Source: Candidatus Magasanikiibacteriota bacterium
GTDB lineage: Bacteria > Patescibacteriota > Patescibacteriia > Magasanikbacterales > GWA2-37-8
Assembly: GCA_903853785.1 (NCBI GenBank)
Contig: CAINUM010000063.1
Span: 2,974-66,973, forward strand
Length of the DNA stretch: 64,000 nucleotides
Reading direction: 5' to 3'
The translations under genes and the position numbers were made by a program. Every line of letters starts with the position of its first letter. Within the stretch, counting starts at the first letter, position 1. Of this stretch, positions 43,825 to 54,300 are shown in pieces. A model generated the notes under the pieces. The model made no database searches, was not told where the DNA came from, and saw only the letters and a program-made list of their open reading frames with translations.

Positions 43825-45060
43825 TTATAATTTAATTTGGAAAACACCACTTTGAGTAGCATCTGTGAAGAAAACTTTATTTTTTGTTTGATCAAAATTT
43901 ATACTCTTGATATTGTAGTCTCCACCTAAAGAGATGTTGGTTTTTAAGCCAGTTTTTAAATCAATTTTATACATGTCATCTTTGTTGTCGGCGGCTACTT
44001 CAGGGAGAATTCCTGCGCCTTGTGGTAGATCGCGGGGTACTGCACAGAATAGAGTCGTATCACCAGCGAAGGCACATTTGTCAGCCCAAGTATTTAATTT
44101 AAGCATTTGTCGATTGCCACCAATGTTATCTCCATAAGAATCGGTGATCCAAAGTTCAGGCTTAAAATCACTACGTGTACTATAGACGCTATATAAAAGT
44201 TTTTGGCCAGTTGGTGACCACTGTGGTTGAAAGCCCAAACCTTCCACAACTGCAGATTTGAAATTTTCTCCATGTAGTCCTACAAACAACACCTCGCGTC
44301 TTTCACCACCGAGCGGTTCGCCGGTTTGTGAGAAAGCCACAGTCTGACGGTTTGGGGACCAATCAATCTGTACTTTATCTGAATTTTCGCCCATTGGTTC
44401 GACTAGAGTGGTTCCACTACCGTCATCATTTACTGTTACCAGCCAGCGATTTTCTGGAGATAGGCCAATACTTTTTGCGGCGAGTTGGGTGCTATCTGGT
44501 GAAAAAGAAAACTGCTCCCAATGTTTCGGTAAAGTTACCTGTTTTTGTTTTTCAAAATCATAAATTGTTTTGGATCCATCTGGATATTCTAACACAGCTT
44601 TGTCGTTGTTGTTTGCCCAGGTTACATTACTAACATTATAAAATGTTTGATCAGACAAAGATCTCATTTGTCCATCACTGGCTAGTCGATAAAATTTTCC
44701 ATCCCCTTGGTTGTAGTATCGGATGTTACCGGCTTGACTATATCCAGCAAAATCTACTTGATCAGAAGTTAATTTTGTTACTGGTGCAGTTTGATAATAA
44801 CCACCAGGTGTTACCTGTGGAATCGCAGGTAAAGTTGTCTGAACTCCACGACCTAGTTGACCAGTGCCGGTTCCGCCGGTTGCTGCGGTGGAAGTTCTTT
44901 CTCCGGCACCCGGTAATTGTCCGGCCGGTTCAGATGGAACTTCAACAGGCGCCTGCACAATTGTCGCTCTTTTGAAAAGTGCATATAAACCGAAACCTAT
45001 TAGTATAGTTGCAACCAACAGTGCGATTATTAAAAGTATACGTTTTAGTGCAGGGTTCAT
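43825..45060 (-). CDS. membrane-anchored beta-propeller protein (TolB/PD40-like repeats)
   Basis: N-terminal TM. Repeated FSPDSTQLA / WSPNRQTVAF / WSPTGQKLLY PD40-like blades. Confidence 0.6.
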   Translation of the reverse strand: MNPALKRILLIIALLVATILIGFGLYALFKRATIVQAPVEVPSEPAGQLPGAGERTSTAATGGTGTGQLGRGVQTTLPAIPQVTPGGYYQTAPVTKLTSDQVDFAGYSQAGNIRYYNQGDGKFYRLASDGQMRSLSDQTFYNVSNVTWANNNDKAVLEYPDGSKTIYDFEKQKQVTLPKHWEQFSFSPDSTQLAAKSIGLSPENRWLVTVNDDGSGTTLVEPMGENSDKVQIDWSPNRQTVAFSQTGEPLGGERREVLFVGLHGENFKSAVVEGLGFQPQWSPTGQKLLYSVYSTRSDFKPELWITDSYGDNIGGNRQMLKLNTWADKCAFAGDTTLFCAVPRDLPQGAGILPEVAADNKDDMYKIDLKTGLKTNISLGGDYNIKSINFDQTKNKVFFTDATQSGVFQIKL

Positions 45061-45086
45061 ATGTTTATTTTATTTATTTTGAAGTG

Positions 45087-46628
45087 TTAGTTTGTCGGGG
45101 CTGGAGGAGGAGGAGGAGGTGGTGGTGGTGGTGGTGGTGGTGGTGGTGGTGGTGTGTCTGGTTTGGTCTCCGGATTTTTGTTTGCCTGATTATTTTTATG
45201 AGTGTTGTTCGCGTCTTCTTTGCGTTCAGACTTGGAGGCACGAAGGAGGTTGTTTGTGGCCACAATTCTTTTTCTGATTTTAACTTTTTTATTTAATCGA
45301 TCCAATATTTCTGTGATTTTTTCAATCATTGGATTGATGTCGTCTTTAATTATAGTCTTTAATGCTCTAGTTGTTTTACCGGATCCCGTAGCACCTTTAA
45401 AAATAAAAATTGGTAAGGCAATAATAGGTGAAAGAATAATTATGATAATACCTATTATTATTTCTACTAACGGAACACCAACTCTAACAACACTAACAAC
45501 GGCCTCAATATAATCTGCAATAATGATTAAAGCATTAAGCATAGTTTTGACCAAACGAAGAACTGCTAAATTGGCCTCAAGCATCTTTATTTTTGCGTCA
45601 TCTTTGGCATTTGCTTTACCAAATGTAAGTGATGTGATTTTATCGTATAGAGGACGAGCAAAAGTTTTTAAAATTCTCATTGCCCAACTACCTTTCATTC
45701 CATCAACTTTGCTATCGAGAGCGGCTAATTCAGAGTATAGTTTTTTTTGTTCTGCTCGCAACTTCTTTTTTCTACTGCGATCACTTTGCAAACTGTTTGC
45801 AATATTAGCAACCATTTTCCTGGGTGCGTCCTTGATATTTTGTGCACCTTTTTGGATTTTATTAGCCGCCCCATTTGCGATTTTTGAGCCCAAATTTTTG
45901 GCTCTGGATTTGAGACTGGAAGCTTTGTTTGATTGGTCTTTTGGCGCTACTGTTTTAGGGGTTTTGTTCGAGGTTGCGTGTGGGCCAGTTTTGGCTAGCT
46001 CTTCACTGTTTGGTTTAGAAAGTTTCTTATTAGCATTGGGATTCATGTCTGATCGCCAAGGCTTTGTGTCGTTCATCTTGTCTGCATTTGCCGATTTTTT
46101 TTGTGGTTCTTTTGAATCTGGCTGAGTTTCGTTTTTTTTATCAGAAGTTGTTTTTTCTGCGGAAGAATCAGTATTATTAGGTGGTGTATTGCGATTTGGT
46201 GTATTTTCTGAAGCTGGAGGTTGTTGATTTTGTGTTGGATTAGTCTCGGAATTATTTTGTGATTCAGTTGCAGGCGGTTGTGGTTCTGGAGATTTTTCTG
46301 GTGATTGTTGTTCTTTTACTGGAGCGGCGTTCTGATCATTTGGGTTTTTGGACGGCGTGCTGTTGGTCGAAGTTTGATTCTGATTTGATTCATTAAAATT
46401 TTCCGGAGCGGAAGTGCTACTTTGTGGCCTATTTTTAGTTGGTTCGTTTTTTATTTCTGCATTGTCGTTGGCAACCTTTTTAGTGTCGCCCAATTCGAAT
46501 TCTACCGATTTACCTCCACTTCGAATTTTTGCATTTTTAACACCAGACATTCCTGTAATTACAACATCGTCATTGGCAGCTTCAGGGCCACTAGTTGTAG
46601 GTTTTTGTTGTCTGGCGGGCAAAGCCAT
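45087..46628 (-). CDS. low-complexity S/T/N/Q/P-rich single-pass membrane protein ending in a poly-proline tract
   Basis: Long disordered N-terminus, one TM near aa 390-420 and C-terminal P19 encoded by the (GGT)n/(GGA)n repeat. Confidence 0.5.
   Translation of the reverse strand: MALPARQQKPTTSGPEAANDDVVITGMSGVKNAKIRSGGKSVEFELGDTKKVANDNAEIKNEPTKNRPQSSTSAPENFNESNQNQTSTNSTPSKNPNDQNAAPVKEQQSPEKSPEPQPPATESQNNSETNPTQNQQPPASENTPNRNTPPNNTDSSAEKTTSDKKNETQPDSKEPQKKSANADKMNDTKPWRSDMNPNANKKLSKPNSEELAKTGPHATSNKTPKTVAPKDQSNKASSLKSRAKNLGSKIANGAANKIQKGAQNIKDAPRKMVANIANSLQSDRSRKKKLRAEQKKLYSELAALDSKVDGMKGSWAMRILKTFARPLYDKITSLTFGKANAKDDAKIKMLEANLAVLRLVKTMLNALIIIADYIEAVVSVVRVGVPLVEIIIGIIIIILSPIIALPIFIFKGATGSGKTTRALKTIIKDDINPMIEKITEILDRLNKKVKIRKRIVATNNLLRASKSERKEDANNTHKNNQANKNPETKPDTPPPPPPPPPPPPPPPPPAPTN
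45103..45153. repeat. trinucleotide microsatellite (GGA)5(GGT)12 encoding poly-Pro on the minus strand
   Basis: Directly visible at ctggaggaggaggaggaggtggtggtggtggtggtggtggtggtggtggtggtg. Confidence 0.9.
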
Positions 46629-46633
46629 AAAGT

Positions 46634-49150
46634 TTATTTAACAAGCAATTTTTTATCGGCGATATCTAAAGTGTATTGTTTTTTATTGTTCTTTTTTAAT
46701 ATTACTTCGGCCATTAATTTTTCAATAGCGGTTCGTAATTGACGTCGGATTGTTCGTGCGTTTGCATTTGTGGTCGGTAGGGAAGAGATGTAAGCAGATA
46801 AGATTTTTTCTTTGGCATCAAGCTTCGTGTGATATTGTGATAGGCGTTCATTAAATTTAACAATTTCTAATCCGGCAATTTTGGCCAAGTCCAAAGTGGT
46901 CAAAGTGTTGAATAGACAAATTTTATCCAAACGATTGATCAGTTCAGGAGAGAAAAATTCTTTTAATTTTTCGTTAATTTTTTTATCGTAAATTTCACTT
47001 TGAGATGCTGTTCCACCAAAGCCAAAATCGGCACGGTTGGCATCTTGAGCACCAAGTGAAGTTGTCAGTATTATTATAGCATGTTTTAAAGAAATTTTCT
47101 TCCCCGTCGAGTCGGTGATTTCCCCATTTTCTAAAATTTGTAATAATAATTTGGTCACATCCTTGTGGGCCTTGTCGATTTCGTCGAACAACACCACACA
47201 ATGAGGATTATTTTTTATTTTATCGGTAAAATTATTTCCTTCTTTGTAACCAACATAACCAGCTGGTGAACCTAGTAGTTTAGAAACACCAAAACTTTCG
47301 TTAAACTCACTCATATCTAATTTGATGAGCGAATCTTTGCTTGGATAAAGAGTATCGGCGATAGTTTTGGCTAATTCAGTTTTTCCTACGCCACTTTGGC
47401 CCACGAACATGAATGAAGCCAAAGGTCTATCTGGGTGGTTTAATCCCAAACGAGCCCGATTGATGATTTCGGATACTTCACGAATCACAACATCTTGGCC
47501 GATTACCAAAGTTTTTAGTTTGTCCTCCAAGTCGATCAGTTCATTTTTTTCCTCCATGATTAATTCACTTGGTTTTGAGCCAGTAATTTTTGCAATTTGC
47601 ACTAACACGTCATGATCATTAATTTCATCTTGAAAATCTGTCTTATTTTCTTTGGCAATTTTATTTTCTTGATCTATTTCTATACGTAATTTTTCCTCTT
47701 GAATTTTTAGTTTAACCGCCTCGTTGAATTTATCCGAAAGCGCCGCTGCTTCTTTAGCAGAAATTGTTTTTTCTAATTTTTGTTTTAAACGTTCAACTTT
47801 TCCAACCCAGGAATTGTTTTTGGAATTAATTCTTTTAGCTGCGGCTGTTTCGTCCAACAAGTCGATCGCTTTATCTGGCAAAAATTTATTTGTAATATAG
47901 CGTTGCGAAAGGCGAACGGCCGCTTCTATAGCAGACTTGTTGATTTTTACACTATGAAAAATCTCATAATTTATTTTAATACCTTCAAGAATTTTGACAG
48001 AATCTTCCGCTGACGGTTCTTTTACAAAAATAGGTTGAAAGCGGCGTTCTAGTGCAGAATCGCTCTCAATATGTTTTTTAAATTCGTTTAAAGTAGTTGA
48101 TCCGATACAACGTATTTGGCCACGTGCTAAAGCAGGTTTTAGAATGTTCGCAGCGTCCATTGTGCCTTGATTACTACCTGCGCCGACGATATTATGAAGT
48201 TCGTCTATAAACAAAATAATATTTGGATTGGCGGCGACATCGTCAATCACTTGGTGTAAACGTCCTTCAAATTCACCGCGGTAAATGGTGCCGGCAATCA
48301 AAAGACCCATATCCAAAGCGTAGATTTTTTTGTTCAACAAAATATCTGGTACTTTATTTTGTAAAATACGTTTTGCTAAACCCTCGATGATGGCAGTTTT
48401 GCCGACCCCAGGATCACCTAATAGTACAGGATTATTTTTGGTGCGACGACAAAGAATCTGAATTAGGCGTTCGATTTCATTTTCTCGTCCAATGATAGGA
48501 TCAATATTTTTTTGTAACTCTGGATTAGTTAGGTTAGTAGCAAAAAAATCTAAAGCCAATTCTTTTTTACCTGGTTTTTTATTTGTTTTTGCAATCGGAT
48601 GGTTGTGTGGTGTATCGTTGTTATCGGAACCAAACATATTGTCTTGAATTTTTTCAACCGCTTCCATCACTTCATTAATTTGTGGAAATTGTGAGGCGTT
48701 GGTGAGTACGGTTTCTAATTGTTTTATTATTTCAGTTAGAGCGACATTATTGTTTTTTAAAGCCAGGTTGATTGTTGGGTTATTTAATTCAATAATTCCT
48801 TTTAATAAATGTTCCGTGCCAATATAGTTATGAGTATGGTCTTGGGCAATAACTAAAGATTTTTCCATAGCTGCTTTGGAATCTTCAGACATTGGTGACA
48901 TCTGTAGGTCGGTAGTGTTAGCTGTTTTTTTTCTAGCGACTGTTGGTAATCCTAAAATCATTTTTTCAACACTTTTTAAATCAATTTTTAGGCGATTTAA
49001 AATTTCCGAAGCGACGGATCCTTTTTGGTTCTGTAAAATAAAAAACAGGTGGATTGGTTCCACTTCTTTATTTTCAAGTTTTGTGGCTAATTGTATGCTT
49101 TTACTAAGGACATCTTTGAAGTGGGTGGAGAATCTTTCTAATATAGACAT
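46634..49150 (-). CDS. clpC: AAA+ chaperone ClpC/ClpB family
   Basis: Two Clp_N repeats, NBD1 [10 protein letters not shown], a coiled-coil middle region, NBD2 [12 protein letters not shown] and a C-terminal small domain. Confidence 0.9.
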   Translation of the reverse strand: MSILERFSTHFKDVLSKSIQLATKLENKEVEPIHLFFILQNQKGSVASEILNRLKIDLKSVEKMILGLPTVARKKTANTTDLQMSPMSEDSKAAMEKSLVIAQDHTHNYIGTEHLLKGIIELNNPTINLALKNNNVALTEIIKQLETVLTNASQFPQINEVMEAVEKIQDNMFGSDNNDTPHNHPIAKTNKKPGKKELALDFFATNLTNPELQKNIDPIIGRENEIERLIQILCRRTKNNPVLLGDPGVGKTAIIEGLAKRILQNKVPDILLNKKIYALDMGLLIAGTIYRGEFEGRLHQVIDDVAANPNIILFIDELHNIVGAGSNQGTMDAANILKPALARGQIRCIGSTTLNEFKKHIESDSALERRFQPIFVKEPSAEDSVKILEGIKINYEIFHSVKINKSAIEAAVRLSQRYITNKFLPDKAIDLLDETAAAKRINSKNNSWVGKVERLKQKLEKTISAKEAAALSDKFNEAVKLKIQEEKLRIEIDQENKIAKENKTDFQDEINDHDVLVQIAKITGSKPSELIMEEKNELIDLEDKLKTLVIGQDVVIREVSEIINRARLGLNHPDRPLASFMFVGQSGVGKTELAKTIADTLYPSKDSLIKLDMSEFNESFGVSKLLGSPAGYVGYKEGNNFTDKIKNNPHCVVLFDEIDKAHKDVTKLLLQILENGEITDSTGKKISLKHAIIILTTSLGAQDANRADFGFGGTASQSEIYDKKINEKLKEFFSPELINRLDKICLFNTLTTLDLAKIAGLEIVKFNERLSQYHTKLDAKEKILSAYISSLPTTNANARTIRRQLRTAIEKLMAEVILKKNNKKQYTLDIADKKLLVK

Positions 49151-49229
49151 AATACAGTTATATTGCTTTAAGAATAGGGATATTATATAATGAAAGAATG
49201 TAATTTACAAGCTAAAAAAAGATAAAAAT

Positions 49230-50591
49230 ATGTTTCCAAAACAGGTGTTTAAAGCTTATGATATTCGCGGTTTGGTTGAAGGGGAGCTCAGCGATGATTT
49301 GGCGTATCGAATTGGACGAGCTTACGGAGTTTTTTTGCACGGAAAATATTCTGATTTTGATGGTAAAAGCATAGTAGTTGGCTATGATATGCGCCAGACT
49401 AGCCCCCAATTCTCCAAAGAAGTTATTAGGGGTCTAAATGACGAAGGTTTGGACGTGGTAGATATTGGGTTGGCTACGACGCCATTATTCAATTTTGCAT
49501 GCTCAAATTATAGCGAATATGTGGCAGGAATAATGGTTACCGCTTCGCACAACCCGGCTAAATACAATGGGTTTAAAATGACGTTGGGTGATGGTACTCC
49601 AGTAGGTAGAGGCGGTGGAATGGAAGAGATTCGTGATTTAGCTGAAAAAAATGATTTTAAAAATTCGCTAGCGAAGGGGTCAATCAAAAATAGAGAAATA
49701 TTAGAAGATTATTTATCAAAGATTTTTTCTATTGTAAAATCTGAGACAATAAAACCACTTAAAATAGTAGTTGATGCGGGTAATGGTATGGCAAAAGTGT
49801 CGTTTGTCGAGGTCCTAAAACGATTGCCAGTTCAAGTGGAATATATGTATTTGGAGCCAGACGGAACTTTTCCCAATCATGAAGCCAATCCATTAAATGT
49901 TGAAACTTTACAGGCGCTACAAAAACGAGTAGTAGAAGTTGGAGCAGATTTTGGTTTTGCTTTGGATGGTGATGCTGATCGAGTGGGGTTAGTGGATGAA
50001 AAAGGTGATGTGGTAGAAGCGTCATTTGTTGGGGCTTTGATGGGTCTTGAAGTTTTACGCTCCAATCCTGGTGTTTACATGTTGTATGATCTAAGAAGTA
50101 GTAAGATTGTGAGAGATGTGTGGGAGCAAAATGGCGCACGTACCGGCATGTGTCCTGTTGGACATGCTCTAATAAAAAAGATGATGAAAGAAGTCGGTGC
50201 ATTTTTTGCCAGCGAGCTTTCTTTGCATTTGTATTATAATGATATGCACGATGTAGAGTCGACTGATTTAGCACTGCTATATTTTTTGAGTTTGGTTTCT
50301 CGTAGTGGTAAAAAGTTGAGTGAATTAACCGCTCCATTAAATAAATATTTCCACTCTGGAGAGATCAATTTCCATGTGGAAGAAAAGGATAAAATATTGG
50401 CTAATTTAAGAGAAAAATATGTCGACGGAAAATCGGTTGAACTTGATGGTTTTTATGTTGAATACCCAACATGGTGGTTCAATGTTCGTTCTAGCAATAC
50501 AGAACCAGTATTGCGTCTGAATTTGGAATCAAATACTAAATCTGAGATGGAAGAAAAGTTGGCCGAGGTGAAAAAAATTATTGAAGGATAA
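49230..50591 (+). CDS. phosphomannomutase/phosphoglucomutase (alpha-D-phosphohexomutase)
   Basis: TASHNPAKYNGFK active-site Ser loop, DGDADR metal-binding loop, 453 aa. Confidence 0.85.
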   Translation: MFPKQVFKAYDIRGLVEGELSDDLAYRIGRAYGVFLHGKYSDFDGKSIVVGYDMRQTSPQFSKEVIRGLNDEGLDVVDIGLATTPLFNFACSNYSEYVAGIMVTASHNPAKYNGFKMTLGDGTPVGRGGGMEEIRDLAEKNDFKNSLAKGSIKNREILEDYLSKIFSIVKSETIKPLKIVVDAGNGMAKVSFVEVLKRLPVQVEYMYLEPDGTFPNHEANPLNVETLQALQKRVVEVGADFGFALDGDADRVGLVDEKGDVVEASFVGALMGLEVLRSNPGVYMLYDLRSSKIVRDVWEQNGARTGMCPVGHALIKKMMKEVGAFFASELSLHLYYNDMHDVESTDLALLYFLSLVSRSGKKLSELTAPLNKYFHSGEINFHVEEKDKILANLREKYVDGKSVELDGFYVEYPTWWFNVRSSNTEPVLRLNLESNTKSEMEEKLAEVKKIIEG

Positions 50592-50648
50592 AAATTGTGC
50601 TCAACAAAAAAATCAGCAAATATTTGCTGATTTTTTTGTTCACAAATT

Positions 50649-52748
50649 TTATTCGATCACAATTCTTGCATCCAACACTTTTACTCCCTGTCCTTTTGGA
50701 AGTACGAGTAGTGGGTTGATATCCAATTCTTTTATATTTGGAAAATCAATTAGTAGTTGCGAAAGACGTCCTAGGCAATCAATAAGCGCTTGTGTATCCA
50801 TCACCGCTTGTCCGCGAGCACCGTCTAATATTTTTTTGGATTTTAGTTTGTTGATCATTTTTTGGGCGTCATAAGCGGTCAGAGGAGCGAGTCCAAAAGT
50901 AACATCTTTGAAAATTTCCACGTACGTTCCGCCAAGTCCGACCATAATAGTATTACCAAGCCCTGAGTCTTTGACACTACCCAAAATCATCTCAACACCT
51001 TTTTCTTTAACCATCTCCATCACCAAAACCCCATCAATTTTAGCTAGTGGAAATTTTTGTTTAATATTTTTTATCATTTCGGTAAATTTTGTTCCAGCGT
51101 CGTCTGGACTGACATTCAAAATTACACCACCTGCATCGGTTTTGTGTAGAATATTTTGTGAGACAATTTTTAATACTACCGACTTTCCTATTTTGTGAGC
51201 TATATTTTTGGCTTCAGCAGCTGTTTTGGCGACCTCGCTATGAAGTAGAGGAAAGCCATAATCACGCAAAATTGGTAACGCATCAGCTTCTGGAAAAATT
51301 GTTTGGCCGCGTTTTTTTGCTTCAATAAAATATTTATCAGCCGCCTGTTTATTGGTATTTTTTATATTAAATTTGGTGTTGTATTTATCTTTGCGAATAT
51401 TGGCAAAGTGGGTGAGAGCGTCTAATGCTTTGGCTGCTTCTTCTGGAAAACTAAAAGTAGAAACACCGCTCGCACGTAAAGTTTTAACACTTTTTTCGAC
51501 TAATTTACCACCGATAAAACTGGCAACAATTGGTTTGCTAGATTTTTTCTTGGCAGAAATAATGGCTTTGGCGGTAAGGTCAAATTCAGTCATAGACTGA
51601 GGGGTGAGTACTACTAAAATACTATCGACATTTTTGTCTTTTTCCAAAATATCAATAGCGGCCTTGTATCGGTCGGCTTTGGCATCACCAAGTACGTCGA
51701 TCGGATTGTGGAAATTGGCGTAAGCTGGTAAAACTTTGCGTAATTTATTTTCAGTTTCTTTAGAAATTTTGGCCATTTTCAAACCACTCAAAATCACTTC
51801 GTCCGTGGTGAGTACGCCCGGTCCACCAGCATTGGTAACGATGGCGACGCGATCACCTTTTGGTAATTTATTATGTGTAAAAATTCGTAAATATTCAAAA
51901 AGTTCAGAAATCATTTCAGCACGAATGATGCCGGATTGGGAGAACAGTCCTTGATAGGCACTGTCGTTGCCAGCTAATGCGCCAGTATGAGAGGCGCTAG
52001 CGTGTGCACCGTCACTAGTACGGCCAGATTTTATAGCAATAATTGGTTTTGGATTTTTACCATGAGTTAGTTTTTTTGCAGCGGCGATAATTGCTGGAGC
52101 GTTGGTGAGTTCTTCGACATACATCGCCACTACTTTGGTTTTTTTATCATTAGCTAGATATTCAAACAGATCGGCTTCAGAGAGTAGGGCTTTGTTGCCA
52201 ACACTAACAAATTTTGAAAAACCGATATCCAATTTTTGAGCGTAATCCAAAATGGCTGTGCAAAGAGCGCCGCTTTGAGAAATAAAAGCAATGTTGCCGT
52301 TTGGGGGCATAATATTGGCAAAAGATGCGTTCATTTTAATTTCTGGATTGATGATGCCTAGACAGTTTGGGCCGACCAGAGCGATATTATTTTTTTGACA
52401 GATTTTCTTTACCTGATTTTCTAAATCAATGTTACCGACTTCTTTGAATCCGGCAGAAATAATAATTACTCCTCTTATTTTTTTCTTGGCGACAGTTTCA
52501 AGCACTGTTGGAACGATACTACTTGGTACTACGATGATAGCTAGATCAACTTTTTCTTTTATTGCCAAGACATACGGATAACATTTAAGATTGTATAGTT
52601 CAGAGGCTTTTGGATTTACTGGAAATATTTTTCCTTCATATCCTTGAGAGATAAGATTTTTCACAATATCATTACCAACATGACCAACCTCGGTCGACGC
52701 ACCAATGATAGCAATTGATTTTGGATAAAAAATGGAATCTAAATTCAT
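50649..52748 (-). CDS. ADP-forming acetyl-CoA synthetase (acyl-CoA synthetase NDP-forming, fused alpha/beta)
   Basis: N-terminal CoA-binding domain (SIAIIGAS...), a succinyl-CoA-ligase-like region and an ATP-grasp region, 699 aa. Confidence 0.8.
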   Translation of the reverse strand: MNLDSIFYPKSIAIIGASTEVGHVGNDIVKNLISQGYEGKIFPVNPKASELYNLKCYPYVLAIKEKVDLAIIVVPSSIVPTVLETVAKKKIRGVIIISAGFKEVGNIDLENQVKKICQKNNIALVGPNCLGIINPEIKMNASFANIMPPNGNIAFISQSGALCTAILDYAQKLDIGFSKFVSVGNKALLSEADLFEYLANDKKTKVVAMYVEELTNAPAIIAAAKKLTHGKNPKPIIAIKSGRTSDGAHASASHTGALAGNDSAYQGLFSQSGIIRAEMISELFEYLRIFTHNKLPKGDRVAIVTNAGGPGVLTTDEVILSGLKMAKISKETENKLRKVLPAYANFHNPIDVLGDAKADRYKAAIDILEKDKNVDSILVVLTPQSMTEFDLTAKAIISAKKKSSKPIVASFIGGKLVEKSVKTLRASGVSTFSFPEEAAKALDALTHFANIRKDKYNTKFNIKNTNKQAADKYFIEAKKRGQTIFPEADALPILRDYGFPLLHSEVAKTAAEAKNIAHKIGKSVVLKIVSQNILHKTDAGGVILNVSPDDAGTKFTEMIKNIKQKFPLAKIDGVLVMEMVKEKGVEMILGSVKDSGLGNTIMVGLGGTYVEIFKDVTFGLAPLTAYDAQKMINKLKSKKILDGARGQAVMDTQALIDCLGRLSQLLIDFPNIKELDINPLLVLPKGQGVKVLDARIVIE

Positions 52749-52814
52749 AAAAAAATCCGTGAATAATTATCACGGATTTATTTTAACATTTTTTTGACTT
52801 TTTGTCATTTATTT

Positions 52815-53699
52815 TTACGCCATCTCGCGTAATTTTTTTATTCTATCTTCTATCGGTGGGTGAGTGGAAAATAATCCAGCCAAGGCTTTACCGGAAAATG
52901 GATTCGAAATATACATATGCGAAGTAGCTGGTGATGCATTTTTCATCGGAGTGTTTTCAGCGGCAATTTTTTCTAGCGCACGAGCTAATCCTTCTGGATA
53001 ACGGGTGAGAAGAGATCCGCTGGCGTCAGCCAAATATTCACGTTTGCGTGACACGGCTAATTTTATCAGCTGAGCAATGATTGGTGAAAGGATTGCTAAT
53101 ACGATACCCACGATTGCAAATATCGCCATACCATCGCTACCTTCGCGGTCACTGCTGCGACGACGAAACATTCCGCCACGTAAAAATATATTGGCCATGA
53201 TAGAAACTGCACCAACCAAAACAGCGACGAGCATCATGAAACGAATATCATAATTTTTTATATGAGAAAGTTCATGAGCAATCACACCCTCTAGTTCTTC
53301 GTTTTCCAATTTCTCAATCGCGCCACGAGTGATAGCAATAGAAGCTAATTCTGGTTTGCGTCCGGTGGCAAAGGCATTGATGGCCGAATCTTCCATAATG
53401 TATATTCTTGGAACTGGTGTGCCAGCGGTAATACAAAGATTCTCAACCATCCGATATACATACGGATTATCATTTTTTTCTAGCGGTTTGGCACCACTAG
53501 TCATCAAAGCAATTTTGTCACCCTGAAAATAGGAAACCGAAGTGGTGATAAGTGAAATCATTATTCCTAAAAATATTCCACTATAACCATCGCCACCATA
53601 AGCACGATCAAAAACATATCCCAAAGCAATCACTAGGACAGCAGCCAGTATCAAAAGTAGTACGGATTTTTGTTTGTTTGAATCTATTTGTGAGTACAT
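52815..53699 (-). CDS. htpX: zinc metalloprotease HtpX (M48)
   Basis: HELSHIKNYD HExxH plus TM segments. Confidence 0.85.
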   Translation of the reverse strand: MYSQIDSNKQKSVLLLILAAVLVIALGYVFDRAYGGDGYSGIFLGIMISLITTSVSYFQGDKIALMTSGAKPLEKNDNPYVYRMVENLCITAGTPVPRIYIMEDSAINAFATGRKPELASIAITRGAIEKLENEELEGVIAHELSHIKNYDIRFMMLVAVLVGAVSIMANIFLRGGMFRRRSSDREGSDGMAIFAIVGIVLAILSPIIAQLIKLAVSRKREYLADASGSLLTRYPEGLARALEKIAAENTPMKNASPATSHMYISNPFSGKALAGLFSTHPPIEDRIKKLREMA

Positions 53700-53706
53700 A
53701 ACTGAA

Positions 53707-54273
53707 TTAGAATTTTACCTGCACATTTTGTCTTTCAACCTCTGCTGCTTGGAAGAATTCGTATTTAGTAAATTTCAACATACCAGCGAACATATTGGTT
53801 GGGAAAGTTTGGATACTAGTATTGAAGTCACGAACATTACCATTGTAAAAACGGCGACTAGCTTGGATTTTGTTTTCGGTATCAGAAATTTCGTCTTGTA
53901 ATTGTAAGAAGTTTTGACTAGCTTTTAGCTCTGGATAATTTTCAGTAACGGCAAATAGAGATTTTAAAGTAGAAGATAATGCATTTTCCGCTGCTTCGCG
54001 TTCGGCTAATGTAGCGCCGGCTTTGTCGTGAGAAGTCATCGCAGCTGTGCGCGCTTCGGTCAATTTTACCAAAGTTTCACGTTCGTGGGTCATATAGCCC
54101 TTTACGGTTTCCACTAAATTTGGAATTAAATCGTAGCGACGTTTGAGTTGAACGTCGATATCACTAAAAGCTTCGTCGACGCGATTTTTGCCCCGTACCA
54201 AGCCGTTGAAGACCATGATTACCCAGATCACTACTATTGCCAGAACCGCTATAATAATATAAAATGGAGACAT
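53707..54273 (-). CDS. lemA: LemA family protein
   Basis: N-terminal TM followed by the LemA pattern NRVDEAFSDIDVQLKRRYDLIPNLV. Confidence 0.8.
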   Translation of the reverse strand: MSPFYIIIAVLAIVVIWVIMVFNGLVRGKNRVDEAFSDIDVQLKRRYDLIPNLVETVKGYMTHERETLVKLTEARTAAMTSHDKAGATLAEREAAENALSSTLKSLFAVTENYPELKASQNFLQLQDEISDTENKIQASRRFYNGNVRDFNTSIQTFPTNMFAGMLKFTKYEFFQAAEVERQNVQVKF

Positions 54274-54300
54274 ATAATATATACTTATTGAGCAAAGTCG

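Noticed and set aside
45009-45296. Plus-strand ORF encoding a W12 run and minus-strand ORF 45074..45265 encoding H12
   Set aside because: Alternative-frame translations of the (GGT)n/(GGA)n microsatellite. The real frame is the minus-strand poly-Pro C-terminus of gene 45087..46628.
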